64,000 bases of DNA from Malacoraja senta (GCA_038087875.1 CM075989.1:19656001-19720000), one strand, 5' to 3'. Shown: positions 14,441 through 27,500, counted from the first letter of the stretch. Numbers and translations are program-made. Notes: generated from the sequence alone by a model not told the origin.

Positions 14441-15195
14441 CTTTGCGTGGAGAATATACGAATGAACAATTGGCCTTCGGTTTTTACAAGTTTGTTGAAA
14501 ATGGAAACCCTACTTGAAATGGGCATTAAATTACTTTGAAAAAATGAATAAACGGGAAGGGGAATTAAAATGCATGAAAAGATAAATTAAATAGCGTTCT
14601 ACTAATTGAAGCACAAAAAGAATTAATAATTTTTGTTTAACGTTGAAATGGATGGAAAAAAACTGTAGTTATTATATTTCTGTTGACTTCCACAGGTTAA
14701 CTCACTGATCTTTGGAATTCTCATCCATTATATATGATAGCTTATGATCAAACACATCTTCTATTGACAGGAACAGGTTTAAGTAAATAATTTTCTCAAG
14801 GCTGTGCAGCACACTGGAGGCCTCAGTGAAGTCTCGGTGGAATAATCCCTCGGTGGGATTCTGTTATTCTGGATCCCCATATCCTGCTACTTCAATCATT
14901 CAAAACTAGCTCCACAGCGCAAGCTCCTACAACAGTGCTAGAATGTTAAAGGAAACTGCAACTGAGGTTATGTACACTCAAACATTTATCAATTTTGGTA
15001 AGGTTTCTCGATTCCATTATTGGTAATGTTTCTCGATTCCATTATTTTAAAATCCGAGGCTCAGTGTTGTTGTCTCATATCACAAATACCGTTGGGAAGG
15101 CTCAGGGACAACTTCTCCCCACCAACCATCAGGTTCTTGAACATTGCACAACTCTAACCACTACCTCACCAACTATGATCTTCTATAGCTAGTGT

Positions 15196-15461
15196 AGACA
15201 AAAATGCTGGAGAAACTCAGAGGGTGAGGCAGCATCTATGGAGCGAAGGAATAGGTGACGTTTTGGGTCAAGACCCTTCTTCAGACTGTCTTAGTCTTAG
15301 TTGTAGACTTAGAATTAGTTCTTAGACTTAGTCTGAAGAAGGGTCTCGACCCGAAACGTCACCTATTCCTTCGCTCCATAGATGTTGCCTCAGCCGCTGA
15401 GTTTCTCCAGCATTTTTGCCTACCTTTGATTTTTCCAGCATCTGCAGTTCTTTCTTAAACA
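15196..15461. mobile_element. Penelope-derived fold-back (inverted-arm) insertion with 15-bp TSD
   Basis: Arms ~15196-15287 and ~15330-15423 are reverse complements. Direct repeat ttctatagctagtgt at 15181-15195 and 15462-15476. Confidence 0.8.
15333..15360 (+). ncRNA. Minimal type-I hammerhead-like motif of Penelope-type repeat (best-preserved copy)
   Basis: CTGAAGA-A-GGGTC-TC-GACCC-GAAAC-GTC: CUGANGA core, extra A, stem II, GAAA, palindromic ACGT stem III, GUC cleavage triplet. Stem I is short and weak. Confidence 0.6.
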
Positions 15462-17387
15462 TTCTATAGCTAGTGTCTTTGGTTGCCCTAAGGACTTTGG
15501 TTTTGCACTATCATGGATATCATTATGGATTTCGAAAGACGTTTGGACAGATTTGGCACGATGGTCGGCATGGACTTGATGGGCCGAAGGGACTGTTTCC
15601 ATGCTGTTCCTTTCAATCAATCAGTTTGAGAATTTTAAGAATGATTGAATGGTACAACATAAAAATATCTAGGTGGCCCAACACACCTCTACTGAACCTT
15701 GGAACAACATCCAGCCAGTTGGACACCCACGTCCGGTCATCAACGTCCCTGATGGAATTATCATTAAATCTGCCAACACCACAGTTTTTATGCAGAAAAC
15801 TTTTACCATGGTTAAAATGAAATGGAAGTAAAATGCTTATAGAACTGGCTGCAAGAAAGTTCATAAGATCTTACATGAAAGTTTTAAGAATTTATGAGCC
15901 CATCAGTAATATTGTTGAAGGCCAATAGCATGCATTAGTAAACCTTTTAGCGACAACCTGGAGATAAAATATGTTAGTATTATGCCAGGGAGCATTTATT
16001 TACAGAGGTTGCTCCAAATTCCCATTAAATCATGATGGCCATTATGTATTGCCAATTTCATATCAAAATTATCAGATGTTCACTCTCCCGACAGAATCAC
16101 TTTATAGTTCTGGAGCTGTACAGCATGAAAACAGGCCCTTTGGCCCACCTTGTCCATGCCCACCAAGTTGGCATTCTGGGCAAGACCCATTTGGCTGCAT
16201 TTGGCCCATATCCCTCTGAACCTTTCCTATCCATGTACCTGTCCCAGTCTTTTAAATGCTGTTACAGTATCTGCCTCAACAATCTCCTCTGGGAGCTTGT
16301 TCCATAAACCCACCACCCTATGAGTGAAAAAGTGGCCCCTCAGGTTCCTATTATATCTTGTCCCTCTAGCCTTAAACATATGGCCTCTTGTTTTTGATTC
16401 CCCCAGCATGGGTAAAAGGCTGTACACTCACTCTATCTATTCGCCTTTATACACCTCTGTAGGATCACCCCAAAGCCCAAGCAACAAAGTCCTAGCCTGC
16501 CCAACCTCCCTATAGCTCAGCCGCAGTGATAGTACTTGCATCAACTACCTCCTCTAGCAACTCGTTACATATACCCAACCCACCCTGTCCCAACTAACTC
16601 CTCTGGCATCTCCATCCATACACCCACCCCCAATTCTCCATTTCAGTCAAACACTAGTGCAGACAATGTACGACAAACACAGATCCGTCAGCAGGGCTGT
16701 AAAGCAAACGACTCTTTCACTGAAAGAGAGGACATCCATTTATTACGGTATGTTGCATCTGTACAGCATTGGAAATTTGGAAGAGGAGGAGGTCACTGAA
16801 GCCCTCAAGCTTCCACCACCACTCAATTAGACTGTGCTGGTCTGTGCCAAAATGAAGCACAGGAAAAGTGTCCTTCTGGATACATTGAGAGGACACACAT
16901 CATGGTAGAATACATCTATGCCTTGACAAGAGGTGACAAGGAGTACTGAGAGCCTGCTTTAGGGCAACCTCATTGAATAACACTTTAGCTGACAGACAAT
17001 TTTTTACACTGTGCTTTGGTCCATTAGGTATCTCAACTAAAAACAACTGCAAAGTGCGGTATTTGCATGTTAGTTTATCAGAAAGTCAATAGATGACTTG
17101 GACTAATGCAATTTGTTGTGAGTTGCTGCGTCAATTTGGACTTTCTAGCTCATTATTGTGACTCACGCCAGATGCAGTGTTCTTCCATTGAAGAAGTATA
17201 TTTATCGACAAGTATTTGCTGTTATTCCCTGGTAAAAAAAAGAAAGCTGCAGATGCTGGAAATCTGAAATAAAACCAGGAAATGCTGGAAACTCTGATCA
17301 GGTCAGGCAGCATCTGTGGAAGGAGAAACTGAGGGAATGTGATAAACCCTTCATTAGAACTTAAATGTAACTTGAGCAATTCAATGC

Positions 17388-17690
17388 GGCATGGTGACGC
17401 AGCGGTAGAGTTGTTGCCTTGCAGCCCCAGGGAACCGGCTTCGATCCAGACTGCGGGTGCTGTCTGTACGGAGTTTGTATGTTCTCCCCGTGACCATGTG
17501 GGTTTTCCCCGGGTGCTCCTGTTTCCACCCACACTCCAAAGACGTGCAGGTCTGTAGGTTAATTTGGCTTCAGTAAAAATTGTAATTTGTCCCTAGTGTG
17601 TGGGATAGTGTTTGTGTTCAGGGATCGCTGGTCGGCGCGGACTCGGTGGGCAAAAGGGCCTGTTTCCGCGCTGTATCTCTAAACTACATT
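17388..17690 (+). mobile_element. HE1-type V-SINE, full length
   Basis: Same architecture as the other copies. Confidence 0.85.
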
Positions 17691-18201
17691 AAAAACATAA
17701 AGTGTTGGAGGAACTGAATGGGTCAGGCAGCATCTGTGAAGTGACAGATGGTGTTTCAGGTCAGGACCGCTCTTCAGACATGTGCCAACCCCAAAAAGTG
17801 CATGTCCATTCCTTCCACAGACGTTGCCTGACCCGCTGAGTTCCTCCAGCACTTTGTGTTTTGCTCAAGAATCCAGCATCTGCAGTTTCTTGTGTCTCCT
17901 TAAAACTAACATGAAAAAGCTACTAAATGAAGAATGAATTGAATTAACTCCAACAGTGCATGGAGTTCTAGTTCTACGCACCGAAGGTATTAATAATGAA
18001 ACCCCCTCACCAATGTTTAATTTGAAATCTGTTGCATCGACTAAAGTTATTAAGTTGGGGAATAAATTTCAAACATGTTGGCCAGTCCCCCATCAGGCAG
18101 TGTTTAAATATTACTTTTTAAAAATCAAGAAATGGCATTAACTTATTTAGTCTCTTGAGCACCTACACTCATTAAAATAAGCGCAGAATGATTCTCTCTT
18201 A

Positions 18202-18555
18202 AGGGCCTGTCCCACTTGGCTGTCATTCGCGCGCCATTTACGTGACCTGCTAGGCAAACGATCGCTGAACTCGGCCTGGGGCTCACGGCCGTTGCGGATC
18301 CAGATCCGGATCCGCCCCCACTCCTACTCCTAGAGCGTGGCCAAGCCCTAGAGAGGGAACACGCGGTGTCCACGGGGACTGTGGAGGCCTTCTGTGAACG
18401 CTGGTCACCGCAGGAGGTTGAATATATTATAGATAAAAATGTTAATATTTTAATTTGATAGTTTTGTGTAAATGTTTTTTAAATTGTGTGAGCTTTCTAC
18501 CCTTCCTTGTAAATTGTACATTTGTTTAAAAATCTAATAAAAAAAACATTTACGG

Positions 18556-18587
<32 letters not shown>

Positions 18588-18907
18588 GTGGCCAAGACGA
18601 TTGGAGATAGACACAGAATGCTGAAGTAACTCAGCGCGATCGGCAGCATCTCTGTAGAGAAGGAATGGATGATGTTTCGGGTCGAGACCCTTCTTTAGAC
18701 TGAAGAAGGGTCTCAACCCGAATCATCCATACCTTCTCTACAGAGATGCTGCCGGTCCCGCTGAGTTACTCCTGCATTTTGTGTCCATCTTCAAATGACG
18801 TCACGCGCTCCAGACGGCTGTGTGGACGCATGATGACGCGAGCGACTGTCACGCGTCAGTCACTACCGGCCTGTCACGTAAATGACGGCCCAAGTGGGAC
18901 AGGCCCT
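18202..18907. mobile_element. PIF/Harbinger-type MITE carrying nested Tx1 and Penelope insertions
   Basis: TIRs agggcctgtcccacttgg / ccaagtgggacaggccct. TTA target duplication at 18199-18201 and 18908-18910. Confidence 0.8.
18346..18582 (+). mobile_element. 5'-truncated Tx1-type (L1 clade) LINE 3' end with poly(A) and 14-bp TSD
   Basis: LEREHAVSTGTVEAFCERWSPQEVEYIIDKNVNILI* resembles a Tx1 ORF2 C-terminus. AATAAA followed by an A-run at 18556-18582. Exact repeat agagcgtggccaag at 18332-18345 and 18583-18596. Confidence 0.8.
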
Positions 18908-19489
18908 TTACTCTATGTACTTGTTAAACACACACACCAGCTCCAATCCAACGATCTCAGTCATGAAAGCTTCAATTGATCCAATGCCTGTGGATTTTCA
19001 AAGAACATTCTAAGATCTCTGCAACCCAGTGTGTGAAGTGCATCCCGATTTCAGTCCTGAATTATCATTTCAACATTATTCTTGTAGCTTTGGAGTCCTC
19101 CCTGCTAGGAAATACTTTTTGTTATCTGCCCTCTTTATTTGTCCTTTTTCATCATCGCGAACATCCAGTTTAGATCGCACTTTCGAAAACATTCCCTCTT
19201 TAAAACATAATCAATGTATATAAATTGTCCGTCCACTTGATGTGACCACTTGCAGTTCTGGAGATCACTGCTTACACTAACTATTGATGTGCTTGTGCCT
19301 GCAATTTTACCAGTGCAGGAATCGAACCAAGAAAGAAACATTCAGTTCAGTTCAATTTATTGTCACGTGCACAGAGGTACAGTGAAATGCCTTTGTGGCG
19401 TGCTAACCAGTCAGTGGAGAGACGATACATGATGACAATCGTGCCATCCACAGTGCGCAGAGAGAGGGAGCGATTAGTTTAGAGATTTT

Positions 19490-19788
19490 GTTTAGAGATA
19501 CAGCATGGAAACAGGCCCTTCGGCCCACCAGGTCCGCGCTGACCAGCCATCCCCGCACATTAACCTAGGGACCCACTAGGGACAATTTTTGCATTTACAC
19601 AAGCCAATTAACCTACAAACCTGTACGTCTTTGGAGTGTGGGCGGAAACCGAAAATCTCGGAGAAAACCCACGCAGGTCACGGGGAGAACGCACAAACTC
19701 CGTACAGACAGCACCTGTAGTCGGGATCGAACCCGGGTCTCCGGCACTGCATTCGGTGTAAGGCAGCAACTCTACCGCTGCGCCACCT
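19490..19788 (-). mobile_element. HE1-type V-SINE
   Basis: Same architecture as the other copies. Confidence 0.85.
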
Positions 19789-19791
19789 TGT

Positions 19792-20273
19792 CGATTGTGA
19801 GATGTGATTGCAGATCTGCCTCTGCACGCAAATGGACGCCTGGGTTGGGCGTCATCTTGGAAGTGTTTTTCCCATCTTGGAAGAGTTATTTCCCCATCTT
19901 GGGAATGTTTTTTTCCCACCTTGGAAGAATTTGTTCCCCATCTTGGAAGGGTTTTTCCCATCTTGGAAGAGTTTTTTCCCATCTTGGAAGAGTTTTTTCC
20001 CATCGGGAGCGGTTTTTTCCCATCTTGGGAGCGCGATTGTGAGATGTGATTGCAGATCTGCCTCTGCACGCAAATGGACGCCTGGGTTGGGCATCATCTT
20101 GGAAGCGTTTTTCCCATCTTGGAAGAGTTATTTCCCCATCTTGGGAGTGTTTTTTTCCCACCTTGGAAGAATTTTTTTCCCATCTTGAAAGAGTTTTTCC
20201 CATCTTGGAAGTTTTTTCCCATCTTGGGAGCGTTTTTTCCCATCTTGGGAGTGTTTTTGCCCATCTTGGGAAC
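19792..20273. repeat. Minisatellite (~20-21-bp unit tttttcccatcttggaagag) inside a 242-bp higher-order duplication
   Basis: Header cgattgtgagatgtgattgcagatctgcc... occurs at 19792 and 20034, each followed by ~9 variant units. Confidence 0.95.
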
Positions 20274-20869
20274 GTTTAAGCTCTTGTGAAATGTCTGTGC
20301 CAGTGCGTCAGAGCTGTGCTCAGCGTTAAAATGCCAAGTCAGTGAAAGTTCCTGCCTCACAGCTTCCCAGACAGGTTATTGAGTTGTCCTCAATAGAAAA
20401 GCACAGCCAAACATACATTTCAGCAGTGGAATAGTGGACAAGGCGTTTGATTGATGGGGTTAGATGATGCAAAACTGCCTGATAGCCTTCTCCAGAATAT
20501 AGTGAAGGAACTCAAGGTTTTTTATGATGATCTCTGACAACAGATGAACAGCTATTTTATTACAATATAAATGGAGGCAGCACCGTCAATTTACCTGGAT
20601 GCAGCCTACCAGCTTTGTTTTACCAATCTAAAGGATGTGCACGACCTTCTACCATCTTGCCCGCATCAAGGTTATTTCACTAAAAATTAAAGTACAGCAA
20701 CTTAATAAAATGATACTCATCAAATCCAAATGGACAGATTCCAAAACAACTATTTAGCAACTATTTAGTCTGTTTTTTTGTGGTGGTGAGGACATATTGT
20801 TGGTTGCACAGAGTGGTGGGTGCCTGAACACGCTGCCAGGGGTGGTGGTGGAGGCAGATACGATAGTGG

Positions 20870-21185
20870 TTTAGTTTAGTTTAGTTAAGAGATACAGCGC
20901 AGAAGCAGGCCCTTCGGCCCACCGAGTCCGCACTGACCAGCGATCCCTGCACATCAACACTATCCTACACACACTAGGGACAATTTACACTTGGACCGAG
21001 CCAATTTACGTACATACCTGTATGACTTTGGAGTGTGGGGGGAAACTGAAGATCTCGGAGAAAACCCACGGGAAGAACGTACAAACTCCGTACAGACAGC
21101 ACCTGTAGTTGGGATCGAATCCGCGTTTCCGGTGCTGCAAGCGTTGTAATGCGGCAACTCTACTGCTGCACCACTGTGCCGCCCT
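20870..21185 (-). mobile_element. HE1-type V-SINE
   Basis: Same architecture as the other copies. Confidence 0.8.
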
Positions 21186-22188
21186 TTGGTGATTAAGAGG
21201 CTTTTAGATCGGCACATGCATATGCAGAAAATGGAGGGATATGGATCACGTGAAGGCAGATAGATTAGTTTAACTTGGCATTATGATCTGCAGACATTGT
21301 GGGTGGAAGTTTGTCTATCTTCAGCAAAAAACAGCATCTGCAGTTCCTTCCTAAACTAAACTAAAGATAGACACAAAGTGCTGGAGTAACTCAGCGGGGC
21401 AGGCAGCATCTCTGGATAGAAGGAATGGGCTCACGTTCACGTTATAGGAGTAGAATTAGGCCATTCGGCCCATCGAGTCTACTCCGCCATTCAATCACGG
21501 CTGATCTCTGCCTCCGAATCCTATTTTCCTGCCTTCTCCCCATAACCATTGACACCCGTTCTAATCAAGAATTTGTCTATTTCTGCCTATCCACTGACTT
21601 GGCCTCCACAGCCCTCTGTGGCAATGAGTTCCACAGATTAACTATCCTCTGACTAAAGCAGTTCCTCTTAATCTAGTTTCTAAAGAGCACCATTTAATTC
21701 TGGGGTTATGACCTCTGGTCCTAGACTCTCCCACCGGTGGTTTTGTGATGGGCGACACTTCGGGTCGAGACCCTTCCTCAGACCCTTCCTTCGATGAAAA
21801 CCAGCATCTGCAGGTCCTTCCTAAACTCAACTAAAGTTGGGTTGCTCCATTGCAGAGATTACTTGAAGCACGAACAAGCTACATTAGTGAATTGCATGCT
21901 TTCCATTTTTCCAATCACTTAGGATTGTTCACCAGTGAATATCATCAATCATCCCATATGTTTCAAACAAATTATGATCCTTCAACAGTCTAATGTTTGC
22001 AATACATGGTACTAAAAGCCGATAGATTTCATGTTCCCAGGTACACTTCCACTGAAATACAGATTTATCTGTCGGGTAGCAAGCATAGGGTAAATTAAAA
22101 CATGATGTAACAGGACATTCTTTAACGGATTCCAAATCACATAAACCATCCCACAGAAGAGCAAAAAGATTCTATCTGATCTGATGGC

Positions 22189-22955
22189 GCTAACTAAAGA
22201 TCTGCAATTTTAGATAAATCATCACATTTCTCCAATGCCCTATTTTGCAATTGTTTAAGATTACATTCCAAGTCCACTTGTGAAGGAAGCACAGTAAGAT
22301 TTTTATGCCTATTTCAAAATAAATGTGTTTTTTAAAATATTTTATTTATTAGTAGTGTACATTGCAGTGCTATCAGCCAAAAATAACATATTACCTTTCC
22401 TGTACCACTTCTTATTTTAAACTTTAAAAAGAAGAAAAATAGAGAGAGTTAGATAAGATAGTGAGTGCATGAAAGAGTGATCAGAAGAAACCCGTATGGA
22501 CGAAAACCACAAGAAAGTTAAAAAGAAAACCAAAGAAAAAGAAAGAGAAAAATAGAGAACAGAGGATATAAGAAAGTAAGATAAGACAAGATAAAAGGGA
22601 TGTACCAACTTCGTATCTTTACACACCCCTCACCAGGTCCTGAAACCATTTATTTTCAAAGTTATGTTGCACCTTATGCTTGTAATTAGTCGATAAATAG
22701 AGACCAAATCTTTTGGAAATGGTCTGATTTGTCTGCTAAGAGGAATCTCATGTCTTCCAGGTGTAACAATTCGCACATATTTGAAATCCACATTTTTATC
22801 GTTGGTGTAAAATAAATGCTAACAAAAGGTCTGCAATTTTAGATAAATCATCACATTTCTCCAATGCCCTATTTTGCAATTGTTTAAGATTACATTCCAA
22901 GTCCACTTGTGAAGGAAGCACAGTAAGATTGTTATACCATTTTCAAAATAAATGT
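22189..22955. repeat. 138-bp direct repeat pair flanking the L1 fragment
   Basis: Copies 22189-22326 and 22818-22955, with a few substitutions near their ends. Confidence 0.9.
22327..22808 (-). mobile_element. 5'-truncated L1-clade LINE 3' end
   Basis: Minus strand TPTIKMWISNMCELLHLEDMRFLLADKSDHFQKIWSLFID* (stop at 22688-22686) resembles a fish L1 ORF2 C-terminus. Pyrimidine-rich UTR, AATAAA and an A-rich tail. Confidence 0.75.
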
Positions 22956-24228
22956 TTAAATGTGGACCAACATTTGTCTATTGTAAAGAGAAATGCCACA
23001 AAATGCTGGAGTAACTCAGCGGCTCAGGCAGCATCTCTGGAGAACATGGATGGGCAACGTTTCGGGTCTCCAGACTGGACCAAGTGTGTGAAGAAGGATC
23101 ACAACACGAAACGTCACCTAGACATGTCCTCCAGAGATGCTGCTGAGTTACTCCAGTACTTTGGCGTGATGGAAACCCGTGTCATGTCAATATTTCAGTA
23201 TTTGCTCTGAGAGGAATAAAGGGACTTGGGAACTGGCTGGGAACATAGGATTACGATTGCGCTTTGCGAGTAAAATAAACAGCAACCTGAATAATGGAAC
23301 AAATAGCCCTTTTTCCTTGTATTTTGTCTGTGTATGTCCAACAAGAAGGAAAGTCCTGAATAGCAACATGCTGCAAACTCTTTTGAACATTTGGTAAATG
23401 TAAAACTGAACAGCAACGATCTAATCACACACAAAATGTAATTGGTAGAAATAGTTATAAATATTTGGAGTTCACAGTTAACATTTCAGTTGATGATCTT
23501 CGTATGATCTTATAGAAACCTAGTGAATAATGAAAGGCCCAGATAGAGAGGTTGGATAAGAAAGGTTTGGATGGATATAGGGGCAAATGCAGGTGGGTGG
23601 GACTAGTGTGGGTTGGTCGGCGTGGGCAAGTTGGGCCGCAGGCCTTGCTTACATGCTGTTTGACTCCATGACCTTAAAATTTCTTACCCTGAAAAATGTT
23701 CTTGAGGCCACAGGTTAAAGGTGAGAGGGGAAAGATTTAATATAAACCCGACAAGGCAACTTTTTCCACACAGGTGGGTGGTGGGTGTATGGAACAAGTT
23801 GCCAGAGGAGGTAGTCGATCCAGGTAGTTGATACGGATAGTATAACAACAGTTAAAGCACATTTGGACAGGTCCATGGCTGGGAAAGATTAAGAGGGATA
23901 TGGACCAAATATGGGCTAGGTTAGATGTGGCATCCAGGGTCGAGTTGGGCTGAATGGCCTGTTTCCTTGTTCTAGGACTGTCATTTGCAACCACTATTTT
24001 TCAACAGATTCACTCCTGTTTTGAATGCGTCTGGAATTATCCCTTCTCTTGAAGTCTTTGATATACTTGCACTTCATGAGGCTTGGCTGTTTTGCCAAAT
24101 TGACAGTTTTGCCAGTTTACTTAATCCATTGCCATATTTAATATCTTGCAAAATTAAACTTTTTGCTGATTTAAAGATGGCTATAATACCTAATTTCAAT
24201 TGGTTTTCCAACAATAATTTTAGTGTTA

Positions 24229-24500
24229 GGGGGAGGAGGATGGAGGCAAGGGAGGGAGAGGGAGACATGGAGAGAGGGATGAAGAGGAATGGAGAGAGGG
24301 AGAGAGGGAGGGAGGGAGGTAGGGAGAGAGAGGGTGAGGGGGAGAGGGAGTGGGGGAGGGAGAGGGAGTAAGGGGGAGAGGAAGAGGGAGAGGAGGAGGG
24401 AGAGGAGGAGGGGGAAAGGGAGAGAGGGATAGAGGGAGTGAGGGAGAGAGGGAATGGGGGAGGGAGAGGGGAGAGGAAGAGAGGGAGAATGTGTGAGAGA
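24229..24500. repeat. GA-rich polypurine low-complexity tract
   Basis: ~270 bp of almost only G and A on the plus strand. Confidence 0.9.
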
Positions 24501-27500
24501 ATCTGTATGTGAGAGAATCAGAGATAGAAGGGTGATCTGAAAAGTTTGAAATAGAGGTAGTTGGAGGTTGATTTTCATGTTGCTCTCCTCAGACCGGGAT
24601 TAAAGATAAAAGGATCTATAAAGAGATAATGCTCAAGGCGATAGCAAGCAGCAACTTCTCTGGATGATTCCCTTAGATCTCAGGTACTGGAATATCCCAG
24701 TAGCATCTGGTTGTCTTAGTGCCTGGAGCAAATGATTAGGCAGAATAAGCCTCCCGGACACTGAATCCAGACAGCAGCGTTGTTTTTGCAGCCACTGAGG
24801 CAGGGATTTTTAAGTAATCTTGTGAGCCTGTAACACAGACCTGTGATACAGAAATTAGAAAATAATCCCAGGGATATCCACACAGTATGAAGATTTATTT
24901 GACCTAATTAAAGTGAGTACTGTTAGTGAGGAGGGAGCGTTTAATTTAGTTTAGATTAGAGATACAGTGCGGAAACGGGCCCTTCGGCCCACCATGTCCA
25001 TACCGACCAGTATTTAACATTAAAGCAGAGATAGATAGATTCTTGATTAGTACGGGTGTCAGGGGTTATGGGGAGAAGGCAGGAGAATGGGGTTAGGAGG
25101 GAGAGATAATTCAGCCGTGATTGAATGGTGGAGTGGATTTTAATGGGTCAAATGGTTTAATTCTGCTCCTATCACTTATGAACCTTTGAACCCAGTAAGC
25201 CCACTAAACGTTATTTTGTATGAAGTAGCGTCCTGACCTTCAAGATGAAAGTTGCATTAATTCTGGCAAAAAAATGGATGGAAATTCCGATTTTATGCAA
25301 AACAAAATTAAAGCAGAAAGTGTAACTTAGAGGATAGATTTTCATAATTAGACAATCAAATGAGTAGTCTATGAGTCAGGATTCGGTTCAGTTTAGAGAT
25401 ACAGCGTGGGAACTGATCCTTCGGCCCACCGAGCACGCCAACCATCGATCACCATCGCTCACACTAGCTCTATCTTATCCCACTTTCTCATCCACCCCCA
25501 ACACAGTAGGGGCAATTTACAGAGGTAAATTAACGTGCAAACCCACACACCTTTGGGTTGTGGGAGGAAACCAGAGGACCCGGAGGAAACCCACATGGAT
25601 ATAAGGAGAACGAGCTGGCAGTTGAGGCAGATACCAAAAGAATATTGTGAGAAAATGGGAGTAGCATAGATGGGACATCTTAGTCGGCATGAATAAATTG
25701 GGCTGAAGGGTCTGTTAGAGTCATAGAGTGATACAGTGTGGAAACAGGCCCTTCGGCCCAACCTGCCCACATATCCCAGCTGCACTAGTCCCACCTGCCT
25801 GCGATTGGTCCATAGCCCTCCAAACTTATCCTATCCATGTACCTGTCTAACAGTTTCTTATATGTAGGGATAGTCCAAGCCTCAACTACCTCCTCTGGCA
25901 GCTTGTTCCATACACCCACAACCCTTTGTGCGAAAAAGTTACCCCTCAGGTTCCTATTAAATCTTTTCCCCTTCACATTGAACCTATGTCTATAGCTATA
26001 TTTAAGAGGGAGTTAGATGTGGCCCTTGTGGCTAAGGGGATCAGAGGGTATGGAGAGAAGGCAGGTACGGGATACTGAGTTGGATGATCAGCCATGATCA
26101 TATTGAATGGCGGTGCAGGCTCGAAGGGCCGAATGGCCTACTCCTGCACCTAATTTCTATGTTTCTATGTTTCTATGTCCTCTCTGGTCCTCGATTCCCC
26201 TATTCTGGGCAAGAGACTCTGTGCATCTACCCGATCTATTCCTCTCCTGATTTTATACAGTGTGTTACCAGACTGACTGACTCTATTTGGAAAATACTCA
26301 GATTTATCATCTGGAGTCCAGGTTATGCCATTGTACACCTGCCCGCGCTAAACTTCACCTGCCATAGCTTTGCCCTGTAACTTATTCTGTCCCCATCCCT
26401 CTGCATTGCCGAGTGTTCTGCTGCTCCACATTTAATTCCATTTCCTGCCATTTATTCCGTTGATACTGCATGTTGCAATTGCTTTCAGCCTTTTTCATAT
26501 CTTTGATCAATTTCAGCCGAGCATCAGGATGTACACTTTGAGAGGCTTTGGCAGCACACATGTTGGGATCGTACGTGAAGTGATTTTATGTATCCATTAG
26601 TATTATTACAAATGTTGAAGACAAATTCTGACTGAAATCTACCCTCTGCTATTGTTCCAATTACTGTGATTTTAGGCCGGCAGAATAAAATTAGTGCTAC
26701 CTAAACTTTACTTACATAAATGAAACAAAGAAAGACTATTATGAAGAAGGTAATCGTTCCCCCCCCCCCTTCCCCCCCTCCCCAAATACCAGCAGGTGAG
26801 GACACAGGGAAGATATCCACCTACATATAGGTACCTGTGGCTGGTTGAACAAGACTAGAAAAGAGCCAGACTCTCAAAGACAGTGAATGGACACTACGGG
26901 CTGGGTGTCCCTGGTTTGAAAATCTTTGCTGCCAGAAGAGGTAGTAGAGGAAGGTACTATAACAATGTTTAAAAGACATTTAGACAGGTACATGATTGGG
27001 AAACGTTTAGAGTTCTGTGGACCAAACGTGGGCATTTGGGACGAAAGTAAATGGGGCATCTTGGCCAGCATGGACAAGTAGATTCACAAGCTATAGTAGA
27101 ATCAGGCCATTCAGCCCATCAAGTCTACTCCGCCATTTAATCATGGCTGCTCTGCCTCCTAATCCCATTCTCCTGCCTTCTCCCCATAACCCTTGACACC
27201 CGTTCCAATCAAGAACTTATCTGTCTGGGCCTTAAAAAGACTCGATGGGCCGAATGGCCTAATTCTACTCCTGTAACTTCTGAACTTGTGACACGATACA
27301 TCACCCATTCCTTCCATCCGGAGATGCTGCCTGTCCTGCTGAGTTACTCCAGCATTGTGTGTCTATCGGTTCTAGAGTTGACAGGTTTCAGCTGCAACCA
27401 TTGTGCAGCTACCTTGAGGACTGAAGCAGAAATGATATGCTGCAAGCTGGAAAAAAAAAGCAATTGAGTCCAGATATGATCTAAATGCTGAGGAGGAACA

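Noticed and set aside
19792..20273. CRISPR-like array
   Set aside because: Units are contiguous with no unique spacers, there are no cas genes, and the context is vertebrate; it is a minisatellite. The overlapping repetitive ORFs are artefacts.
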